Of a DNA stretch of 15,263 bases, positions 1-9,152 are shown one piece after another. This DNA comes from Amoeboradix gromovi X-113. Taxonomy: Eukaryota; Fungi; Sanchytriomycota. Every line of letters starts with the position of its first letter. Positions within the stretch are counted from its first letter, which is position 1. The notes beneath the pieces were generated by a model. That model ran no database searches, had not been told where the DNA came from, and was given only the letters and a program-made list of their open reading frames with translations. The stretch lies in assembly GCA_018985225.1 (NCBI GenBank), contig JADGIF010000197.1, forward strand, positions 1-15,263, read 5' to 3'. The position numbers were made by a program, and so were the translations under genes.

Positions 1-130
1 AAAAGAGGAATACAATCAATGAAAGAAAATTGGTATAATAGAAGAAGATCTTTTATTAATGATAGCATTTCCTCCGTATGGAGCACCTTTAAAAACGAGT
101 TAGTCTAGTTTTTATATTTGGTGTCCCAAA
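1..130. mobile_element. Right part of a TIR MITE (second copy of the 11899-12377 element, cut by the window edge)
   Basis: 1-130 matches 12249-12377 with about 3 differences and ends in the same terminal repeat ...agttagtctagtttttatatttggtgtcccaaa. The flanks diverge immediately afterwards (tgaaatc vs gtctgtc). Confidence 0.88.
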
Positions 131-193
131 TGAAATCATGTATTATAATACAGAGTTTGATAAATCTAAAGAAACAACTAAATGGTAATCACG

Positions 194-292
194 CATCAGA
201 GTAGAAGCGTGAGCAAACACTAACGGATGGACAAACGTCGTTTCTCTGTGGATATTCTCAATTTTCTCGGATACCAGGCCTTTTAAGTGGAG
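194..292 (+). mobile_element. Isolated, diverged 3'-end fragment of the TnpB/Fanzor-like element (putative omegaRNA scaffold only, no ORF)
   Basis: aagcgtgagca...taacgga...gtttctctgtggatattctcaattttctcggataccaggccttttaagtggag aligns with about 1290-1399 and with the reverse complements of 8247-8355 and 15071-15180. It ends at the same GGAG. Confidence 0.75.
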
Positions 293-795
293 CAGAATGC
301 TAATGACTGGGTTGATACTTAATCTTTTCTATGTAGGGCGAGCTAGCTCAACTACTAGCTCGACAAACATAGCTTTTTCATCGAAGATAAGTACAAATTT
401 TGCCACATTTAGACCGTTGAAGATTTAAAATCTCAATTATCTTTCTCTAGACTTAAAGAAAATGCCCCATAGCTCAGAAGACTGCCGTACGGCATGGAAG
501 GGGAGTGATGCTCGCTTACCACGCCGTAGTCTTTGACGCGGTTCACGCACTTTAAGCAGACATGAACAAGGTCTAAAGTCGAAGAGGTAGGATGCCATAT
601 CACTTAAGGATTTGATATTTTGAATCTTCAACGATGTAGAGTCTACTCAATTGTTTTCTGATAATATAAGCTCTAATTATGCAGCCTTCCAAAATACACC
701 AATTGCAGTCATCTAAAGATCAAGCTGCAAAATCGTAGATTAAGCAAATCGCATTTTCGGTCAAATGTGATCAACTCTAATTTAGCTTCCACAAA

Positions 796-1399
796 ACCAA
801 AGACAGCCCGATTGTTTTCTTGAATAAATCATTTATCGCGAATTTGTATGCATTTTTGTATAATTTCAAGACTTTTCCAGATTTTTCTAACAGCTAAATG
901 CTCGATATTCTTCCTTTCGCAAATGGTAAATGGAATGAACGGATGTAATCCCGAATATGTCAATTCTAAAGAAATAACAGGTACAGCAAACATTCTTCAA
1001 CACTGAAGAACTGGTACAAACATGGAAGAATTAGATGTCTTTCAATGCCTAGACAGCAATATCTGTACAATTTACTCAAGGAACGCTTGAAGTTCAAGTG
1101 TAAACAAAGAGGAAAGACGATAATCAAATGTAATGAAGCATTTACTAGTCAGACATGTACAATGTATGGTACTCTCGAGAAAACTAATTTAGGAACCTAC
1201 ACTTGTACAAAGTGTCATTTGCATATAGATAGAAGCATATGGCAGCAAGAAACATATACATCAAGTATATGTATCCTTATTCAATCCCTCCTCAAGGTAG
1301 TGAAAGCGTGAGCAGTCACTGTAACGGAGCGCCTAGCATTGCTAGTTTCTCTATGGAGATTCTCGATTTTCTCTGGAAATCAGGACTTTTAACGAGGAG
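796..1399 (+). mobile_element. Non-autonomous TnpB/Fanzor2-like element, copy A (about 600 bp)
   Basis: Colinear with the reverse complement of 8247-8855 from about cagcccgattgttttct to ttttaacgaggag. The right boundary is sharp and the left boundary is approximate (about +/-10 nt). Confidence 0.85.
1035..1392 (+). pseudogene. Frameshifted C-terminal fragment of a TnpB/Fanzor2-like nuclease (RuvC-II, zinc ribbon, RuvC-III)
   Basis: LKERLKFKCKQRGKTIIKCNEAFTSQTC..CTKCHLHIDR. After a frameshift, atg gca gca aga aac ata reads MAARNI. This matches the TnpB/Fanzor ExxTSxxC..CxxC..DRDxxAARNI signature. One zinc-ribbon Cys is changed to Tyr. Confidence 0.85.
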
Positions 1400-1703
1400 T
1401 TAAATACAACTCAATTAGATAGTAATTAGCTTATCAATGGAAGCTGAATCATTATTAGGTGATGAGATTTTCAATGCTTCACAACTTTACGGAAAGCTCT
1501 TGGTTATGATTTCATGCATCATTTAATAAATTTGTATTCATTACAACCACGATTAACTCAAATTAAGATTCCATGGCTGAAAATTTGTAACAGCGTTGAC
1601 TGCCAACATGTCTAATACCTTACATTCAAGTATATCAACGTATTTACCTGAGTTAATGTATAACTTGAATATTTCAATTTCTCAAAAATAGGAAAAAACA
1701 AGG

Positions 1704-4337
1704 ATGACAATTTCTCAAATCGATTCATTTTTACTAGAATTTAAACCTAATAAGCAAAAGCAAGACCAAATCAATGAAATGATTAGCAGGATTTCAAATT
1801 TATTTTGTAAAATGGAATGTGACATGAGCACAGCTAAAGTGTTAGGTTGTGACTATGTGACTTTTGATTCGGATTATAAGGGAACAGTTGCCGAGGAATT
1901 AGAATGTATGTTTATTAAACCTACTGGCTTACAATTAATAGGTTCCTGGTCATATAATACTTCAATTATATATAACGGACTATGTACTCTTGATTTTGCT
2001 GTTGAAATGCCTAGCCAACTGGTTCAAGATAAAGATGATACTCTTTTTAGGTATGTAATTAAAAGAAACTATTATCTTTCATTATTTTGTTCTGAATTCT
2101 CTAAATTGTTAGAAGTCCCTATTTCTATTATGAAATCCAATTTACTCTGGTGCGGATCTTGCGTTATTGAGCCTCTTAGTATCAGATTAATGTTTACAAT
2201 TTCTATTCCCAATTCTCTAAGCTCAAGTCGTTTATCCCCATCCAAAAACAACATTCGCTGCGGTCAGATCCCGTATGAAAAACTACCGCCTACTCCAAAT
2301 TATAACGCACTATTATCTATTGAATGCAACTCAACACAAGTTGCGTCTTTGCTATCGGCTTATTCTAGTTCTTCAGTTTTTCAGGACGCAGTCAGAGTTC
2401 TCAAGTTGTTTGTTTTCAAGAAAAAGTTAAATTTGTCTAGTACGTCTGTTACTTATCTATGTCACCAGTCATTTGATCAGTCCAACATTCAATCCTCAAC
2501 GGCTTTAGTAAAGTCGGTTTTAAAATCATTGTCTAGTTCTTTCGTAGTTTCCGATAAATATGCTAAGCTATATTATAAGACCTGTTGCTTTGATTCTATA
2601 TCTATCAATAGATTTGAGTATTTAATTCAAGAGTCACAGTTTGCATTAACTGTAATTGATATGGACCCTTTATCATTATTTCACGAGTTAAAGTCTTGGG
2701 ATCATATAATTCAGTTCAATGTCCCCAAGTATCTTCCTTCCTTCTATAACTTACAGTCCAGCATTGACATTTTTGATTATAATCTGTTTCTAAAGCATTC
2801 ATTGGAACGATTAATCAGTAAGGCTTGTGCATTCATCGATATAATATACATTGAAGTAGTTAATGATAAGCTGCATATCAGTATTCAGAATAAGAAAACA
2901 CCGTCTTCCATGTTAAAAGGTCCAACTATTCAGTCGGATGATGCAAATTCATTTAAAATGCTTTGGGGCGCGAATTGCCAGCAGCGCAAATTTAAGGATG
3001 GCTCTGTCAACATATGCGTAGAATTTGATGAAGGCGAACCATCTAAAATTTTAACAAAATTGTTAAAAGTACATTTTCATGATATCAAGGATGGCGTCGC
3101 AATGGATACTTACTCGACTAATTTGAAAAGTATGGAAAGTTTAGTTTCTGGTAATGGAACAGCTTCTCAGACCGAAACCGTCCACGATACTGCTCTTATT
3201 ACATCACTAAAGCAATTAGATCTACCGCTTCAAATAACTCACGTGCATTACATAAACATGTCATATTATGCACTGCAATTAGAAACATCAATGTCATGGC
3301 CGGATAACCTGATTGTGATGCAGTCTACAAAGCTGTTGTACTTAATTAGAATTACAAAATTGTTGCCAAACAGGTATAAATGTAAATTGGTAGATAACTC
3401 GTACATTAAAAGGCTAAACCCATTTGGTATGCATCAGCAATTACATATCATAGACACTGTCACCAATAAAACCTACAAAATGTTTTTACTAGTAGATAGG
3501 GAATATGCACTACTGAAGATGGAGGAAAAGATGCTGAACAACAGTATAAGTAGCATGCGTAATGGGATCATTGAATACCCTGATTTACTTCTCCCGAGTC
3601 ATGTGAATCAGACGAAAGCTAATATAACGCTGTTGAAGAGAAAAGCAGGTGAATACTGTCCGTTCGATATCAGCATGCTTGTTAACGATGCTAAGGTGGC
3701 AACGGAGTACATAAACCAGATAATATTGCACAATAGAGATGTCAAAAGATGTGTGAATCAATATCCCTTATTCTTGCATTCTTTAAAACTCACAAAGCAC
3801 ATATATAGTCAACAGGGTACATTAAGCATGGTTAAAAGCAACAATATTATTGATTTTAACTGCGGAAACTGTAATTATATTGAGAGATATATAGAGAGAA
3901 TGATGATAAGTGTATTTGTACATTCATATCCGTATGCAAATGCACCTGGTTCTATAAATAGTGCCATATGTAGAACAGTTTATAAGATAAACAATGATAT
4001 TGGCTCATTTTACAGCTTCGAAGAGGATTATAAAATTATTAAAAATGGTAACAGAATGGTTAAAACTGATTTGGATATGAACGGAACATGGTTTTTGCCA
4101 TACAAAATGCAAAGTGGGGTACTGAAGACAATGTTTAAGGAATTAACAAAGGCAAGTGCTAGTAAAAGCAAGAAAGCTATACTGGAAGTCGAGAACGTGG
4201 TAGAATATGAGAGACTGTTAAATCATATATATCCTTCAGTGTATGTACAAACAAACAAGGATAATAAGGTATTCAAAATAGCTTTTAAAGAAGAAAATAA
4301 CGATAATGTCATTAGGCTTGCTAATTTGATTCGATAA
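1704..4337 (+). CDS. UTP22: U3 snoRNP-associated protein Utp22 / Nrap (NOL6) family, divergent, 877 aa
   Basis: Nrap-like motifs: LIGSWSYNT..LDFAVEMP..KD..RYVIKRNYYL, PTPNYN, KGP..A..FKMLWG..RKFKDGSV, LETSMSWPDNL. It is shorter than typical homologues at the C-terminus. Confidence 0.85.
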   Translation: MTISQIDSFLLEFKPNKQKQDQINEMISRISNLFCKMECDMSTAKVLGCDYVTFDSDYKGTVAEELECMFIKPTGLQLIGSWSYNTSIIYNGLCTLDFAVEMPSQLVQDKDDTLFRYVIKRNYYLSLFCSEFSKLLEVPISIMKSNLLWCGSCVIEPLSIRLMFTISIPNSLSSSRLSPSKNNIRCGQIPYEKLPPTPNYNALLSIECNSTQVASLLSAYSSSSVFQDAVRVLKLFVFKKKLNLSSTSVTYLCHQSFDQSNIQSSTALVKSVLKSLSSSFVVSDKYAKLYYKTCCFDSISINRFEYLIQESQFALTVIDMDPLSLFHELKSWDHIIQFNVPKYLPSFYNLQSSIDIFDYNLFLKHSLERLISKACAFIDIIYIEVVNDKLHISIQNKKTPSSMLKGPTIQSDDANSFKMLWGANCQQRKFKDGSVNICVEFDEGEPSKILTKLLKVHFHDIKDGVAMDTYSTNLKSMESLVSGNGTASQTETVHDTALITSLKQLDLPLQITHVHYINMSYYALQLETSMSWPDNLIVMQSTKLLYLIRITKLLPNRYKCKLVDNSYIKRLNPFGMHQQLHIIDTVTNKTYKMFLLVDREYALLKMEEKMLNNSISSMRNGIIEYPDLLLPSHVNQTKANITLLKRKAGEYCPFDISMLVNDAKVATEYINQIILHNRDVKRCVNQYPLFLHSLKLTKHIYSQQGTLSMVKSNNIIDFNCGNCNYIERYIERMMISVFVHSYPYANAPGSINSAICRTVYKINNDIGSFYSFEEDYKIIKNGNRMVKTDLDMNGTWFLPYKMQSGVLKTMFKELTKASASKSKKAILEVENVVEYERLLNHIYPSVYVQTNKDNKVFKIAFKEENNDNVIRLANLIR

Positions 4338-4487
4338 GTAAATAACCGAGTTGCATTTAAACATTTCCAACGTATTGCGCGTGGGACCAACCATTAAACC
4401 ACTGCCTTTGATAGTTCCAATTCGTGGAAGCATCCGTCAACTTTTTTACAGCTCACTTATCTTAAAATTATAAATATATTTATTTCC

Positions 4488-6276
4488 TTAAAATGCGCTC
4501 ATGGCTTGTTGTCCATAATACTTGACATCATCATCTACATCTCCATCCAATGTCTTTAATAGCGTCTGTACATCTTCTACTAGTCTGGCATTTACAATAG
4601 CAGACTGCAATTCTTTAATGCATTTGCAAACGTTAAATCGCACATTAGGAATAGGGTCAGTAATTAATTCTTGTAAAATTGGCATTACATGTTGTTTGAA
4701 TTGCGCAGCAGGCAGTTGGTTTCCAATCAACTATATTAGTACAAACTACAGTCAAGGCATTTAAGAACGTCAATCTATAAAGATATTTCTCACTCTTTTT
4801 TAACGGCATTAATTTGGGAAACAAGTTAGGCAATGCCCAATCCATACCAAATCCTTTCATTACACTCAAAACACACTCACAGGCCATTTGTCGTATCGCA
4901 TGGACAGGATCTTGCAGCCAATTATACACTAGATCACTTAACTTTTCGTCAAAAAACTGACTACCAAGTTGCTGGCTAAGTAGAGGGATATGAACTATCA
5001 TTGCGTGTCTAACTCTCCACTGTTTGTCTTCTGCTAATTCAACAATAGCAGGTAACAAACATTCGCTAAGCAGCTCAATACCTATAACATCATTCACTTT
5101 ATCCATTTTACTTATGAGATTCAATCGCACATCACTGTTATCATCTTTTAAGCACTTTAAGAAGATTGGAAGTAGCTGGTCAATAGTTTCTTCTTTTCCC
5201 AATTTAGGAGCTAATCCAACCACATGGCTAGCCAATGCAGCACGCACATGAGCGCTATTGTCATTGGCTAATTCCTTAACAATTGGAACTAACTGAGACA
5301 AAATAACATCCTTGTCCAACTTAGCACAGATCCCAGGTAAAGCTTCACACGCAGGTAGTCTAACCTCCGCTTCATGATCTTTAAGGGAATTTACAAGCGT
5401 TGGAAGTAAGTCTTCAAGCAGAACAGTGGAATCGGTATAATCGCTCAATCTAACTAGTTGTTGAGCAACGCAGTATCTTACACGCCATGACTTGTCACTA
5501 ATCAATTGCTTTAGCGCTTGCAATGGCAACCCATTAATTTTATGAATTTGGGCAATAGTTGTAATAGCTTCAACACTGAGTAATCTAACGCTATCCTGTT
5601 CATCTTTAGCTAGTAACAAGATATCCGTGATTAGCTCATCGGTATTCATCTCTAGTTTTGTAGCGCTGATTAATATTTCACTAAGAAATTTGCAGATAAT
5701 TCGACGAACCATAGGGGTCTCATCCTTACAAAGAACCGTGATCTGAGGAATAAGCGGAAGTACTTGGTTGATAAAGCTTTGGTTACCAATACCTACAGCG
5801 CTAACAGATTTCATTAGCAAATTGATAGCTTGACAAGCACCCATTCTATGGGTAAACCATTCTCCTTTAATTAAGACACTAACTAGTTGATTCAGCTGAT
5901 CCATAATATTAGGCAGTAACGAAGACTGAGCAACTACTAACTTATCCAAGGTTAGATTCAACACGTTGTAACACTTGTCACGAACTATAGTCTCTTCGGC
6001 TGAGAGCAATCCATATATAATCTTAAAACTGTTACTCAAGATTAACGCGGTTCCTAGATTTGGCTTGGATTTTATGGTTTCTAGCAAGACTCCCAAGGTG
6101 TCTGTTAATGCGATTAACACTTCATCCTCGTCTTCCAATACATTTTGAAGATAATTTAATAGCTCCTGCAAATTAGATTCATCAAGATTCGGGATTATTG
6201 ACTGAACATGCTTGATAGCTTCGATTCTAACACTAACTTCTTCACTACTCAAATCATCAACTACAACTTGAAACAT
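4488..6276 (-). CDS. TPD3: Protein phosphatase 2A scaffold (A/PR65) subunit with HEAT repeats; join(4750..6276, 4488..4730), 589 aa
   Basis: Motifs EETIVRDK, WFTHR, DETPMVRR, DEQDSVRLL, DKSWRVRY, LLPAIVELAEDKQWRVR, DPIPNVRFNV, DVDDDVKYY. Removing 4731-4749 fuses the two ORFs in frame (..FLNALT|LIGNQLP..). The first ATG is at 6276; the track's 6285 start is a TTG. Confidence 0.95.
4731..4749 (-). other. 19-nt spliceosomal-type intron GTAGTTTGTACTAATATAG (phase 0)
   Basis: GT..AG ends and a TACTAAT branch motif. Removal restores the last HEAT repeats of PP2A-A. A 16-nt alternative (GTTTGT..TAG) also keeps frame but matches the other intron less well. Confidence 0.85.
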
Positions 6277-6419
6277 TGTAAACAAATAATTATCTTGAAT
6301 TTATCAAACAAAGAATTAACTGGTCAACACTCTGCGACTTATTGGCACTTACGCTAAATTTTTAGTTTTCAATTTTTCCAAGACATTTCTTTAGCGCAAA
6401 AATCTGGCTAGATACCTTT

Positions 6420-7760
6420 TCTGCCTATCTCGTGTGGGATAACATGTATGTGGTCCTGGTAACCATTGTTGCGGATGTAGTGGTAGGATAATTTACATTT
6501 AGAATACATAGTCTTTACCGTGAATTTTCCATTTAAGTGATAGTCTCTGCTTCAATTTATTGACAAATGTGAGTGTCTTCTCTTTTTTTTCTTATGCAAG
6601 TTCTTGGATAGCCCTTAAGTTGCAAACTCTGAAGAGTTTATTGCTCATGACTTACGGAGACACCATATCATCTCCTAATTCACTGTCGCTACTAGTCCCT
6701 AATTTTTTATACATCTAAGTTTTAAACTTTTTTTACTTATCTCCTGATACTATTGGTTGCGTTAATGCGGTTTCCACGTTATTTGACGCTTGCTACACTT
6801 TTGTTGTATCACCAGCTCTGAAATGAAGACAATCCAGCGCTTTCAGTGCTTAAAGCCATACTGCGGGATCATTCTATCAATGCAATAATGCGCTTGAGAT
6901 CCAAATACACACTAGACTAATCCTATAGCATTTGGTAGCGTTCTTGATCGTTTTCTCAAGGAATATCCCACATAGCGCTATAGTAGTATTTGACTTGCAA
7001 ATGGTACCTACAGAAGCACTTTGATAGCGAGACTCATAATAAAAGTCGATGTAATCTTGGTTGATCTAATAATAGACTTGGATGGTGTCCTTTCCTTCCT
7101 TTACTAAAATCGCCGCTTTGTTAGCATAATGCAGTTTGCATTGATTTCTGGGCTTTAGTTGGAAGCCAAAATTACGAATGAATCGTTTTTGCTCCGGTGA
7201 AACTAGACTCAGTGCCTTGGCAAATCGAAACACGCGGTATTTCTGATTTCGACTGGAGTATCCTGAATGACTCTTCATGTTGTCCTAAAACGGAACATCT
7301 GAGAATAAATAACACGCGATACTAAAAATTATTGAATACTATAACAAAGTATAGTTTTTATTGGCTAACAACTTAACCGGTTTGAGAAATTATCTCGTTT
7401 GTTTATTTAATTTGGACTAACTTGTTGATTCCTGCATTTTCTAGCTCTGTTGAACAAATACAGCTGATTTAATCAGCATATGTCTGCCTAATCTAGTTAA
7501 ACATATAACTATATGGGTTGCACTTTGGTCTAAATCATCTAAGTACTTTGCGTGGGCACAAGTTCTGAACTGTTTCCTTGGATTGCTGTACAAGTTTGAA
7601 ATGAGGTTTACCTTATCAATAGTTTTAGGTGTCTCCATTATTTTTAAAATCTTGCCCTACGAGTCCAGCAACATTAAGATATATGTTGCCCTAAATGCTC
7701 CAAGCACATTTTGAGATGCTGATCTTAAATCTTAGCAGTAAATTGATAAACTCGCCAAAT
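6420..7760 (-). pseudogene. Possible heavily decayed IS607-like cassette (serine-recombinase-like fragment followed by TnpB/Fanzor-like fragments)
   Basis: Minus-strand fragments in the expected order: YLDDLDQSATHIVICLTRLGRH (RLGR at 7483-7494), AKALSLV..KRFIRNFGFQLKPR (within 7066-7278), NAIGL (6918-6932), FVNKLKQRLSLKWKIHGKDYVF (6502-6567, similar to LYNLFKERLKFKCKQRGK of copy B). There are many stops and frameshifts, and the similarity is by eye only. Confidence 0.3.
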
Positions 7761-8246
7761 AAAATGTGAACATAGAAGCGGTCATATGCCAGAAATTCAG
7801 TTATTTTATTGTACCTGTAAGTTCTGATTTATCCCCATCCCAGTGTGAAGTAGGTGAGATTAGATTACTCTAATCTAGGCATGTCAGGTCAACAAACGAA
7901 AAACTAATTCGAGGCTTCTTTTTTGTTCTATTTAGGTCAGCCAAAGGTGAAATCTATATTTTCAAAATTGTGATTGTAGAAAATTGTACAATACATTAGC
8001 CAGATACGATTTACTCCAAAGTGAAAAGAGGGCAGAACAAGAAGATTCGTTTTAATGATACGAAGAGATTATTAACCTTACTTCAGTTTAAGATGAATTC
8101 ATTTATTTACATACCGTGCTTGAGTCAGATTAATCTGGATTAGTCCATTGAGCTGAGTCGGTAACACTTTTAGATTAATCTAAACTCAAACGTTTAAATG
8201 TTATAGTTAATTTAAGTACGATAGATGGTTGATTCATGAAGATGGA

Positions 8247-8855
8247 CTCCTCGTTAAACGTCCTGATTTCCGAGAAAACCGAGAATTTCCACAGAGAAAC
8301 TAGTAATGCTAGATGCTCCATTACGGCGATTGCTCACGCTTGCACTAATCTGAGGCAGGATTGAATAAGGATGCAGATACTCGATGTGTATGTTCCTTGC
8401 TGCCGTATGGTCTCTATCCACTTTTGTATGATAGTTTTTACAGGTGCAGCTCTCCAAATTAGTATTCTCGAGAGTGTCGCACCTTGTACATGTCTGACTA
8501 GTAAATGCTTCATTAAATTCGAGCATCGTCTTTCCTCTTTGTTTGCACTTGAACTTCAAGCGTTCCTTGAATAAATTGTACAGAAATCGCTTCCTGGCAT
8601 TGAAAGACATCTAATTCTTCCACGTTTGGACAAGTTCCTCAGTGTTGATGAATGTATGCTGTACCTGTTATTATTTCTTTAGACTGATACATTCGGGATT
8701 ACATCCATTTATTCCATTTACCATTTGTGAAAAGGAAAAATATCTAGTATTTAAGTTGTTGAGAAAATCTGGAAACGTCTTGAAATTATACAAAAATGCA
8801 TACTAATTCGCGATAAATGATTTATTTAAGAAAACAATCGAGCTGCTTTCATGGT
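8247..8855 (-). mobile_element. Non-autonomous TnpB/Fanzor2-like element, copy B (about 600 bp)
   Basis: Inverted homologue of 796-1399. It ends ...caggacgtttaacgaggag at 8247 on the minus strand. Confidence 0.85.
8254..8610 (-). pseudogene. C-terminal TnpB/Fanzor2-like nuclease fragment (118 codons open)
   Basis: FKERLKFKCKQRGK..NEAFTSQTCTRC..CKNY..VDRDHTAARNI. There is an in-frame stop just upstream, the fourth zinc-ribbon Cys is changed to Tyr, and the N-terminal domains are absent. Confidence 0.88.
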
Positions 8856-9152
8856 AATGACAGTGAGTCTAGTGGCGTACAATTATTACATAGAGACCTA
8901 AGTTTACGTCATTGTAAGCACTGAAATGCAGTTGTAGATCGACATGCGAACGCATGTTACAACAATCTCTAACTCATTGGTCAACCGAGAAATATGAATG
9001 GCTATAAACAGAATTTTCATCTTTCAGTTGGCAATAAAAAATGTTAAGATTTCTCTAGCTGTCTCTCTTCGACAATCCCGTGTTAAAGTTTTACGGCTTT
9101 TATTTAGTGTCAAATGGCATCTAGACTACGAATTGTTTTTTGAAACATTGCA

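Noticed and set aside
941-955. gga tgt aat ccc gaa (GCNPE) as a decayed RuvC-I DPG motif in copies A and B
   Set aside because: It requires two substitutions shared by both copies and is too close to RuvC-II without a deletion. It cannot be supported without an intact reference.
4657-4749. C-terminal tail VVCTNIVDWKPTACC... of the 542-aa ORF
   Set aside because: It results from reading through the 19-nt intron. The conserved PP2A-A C-terminus is in the 4488-4730 frame.
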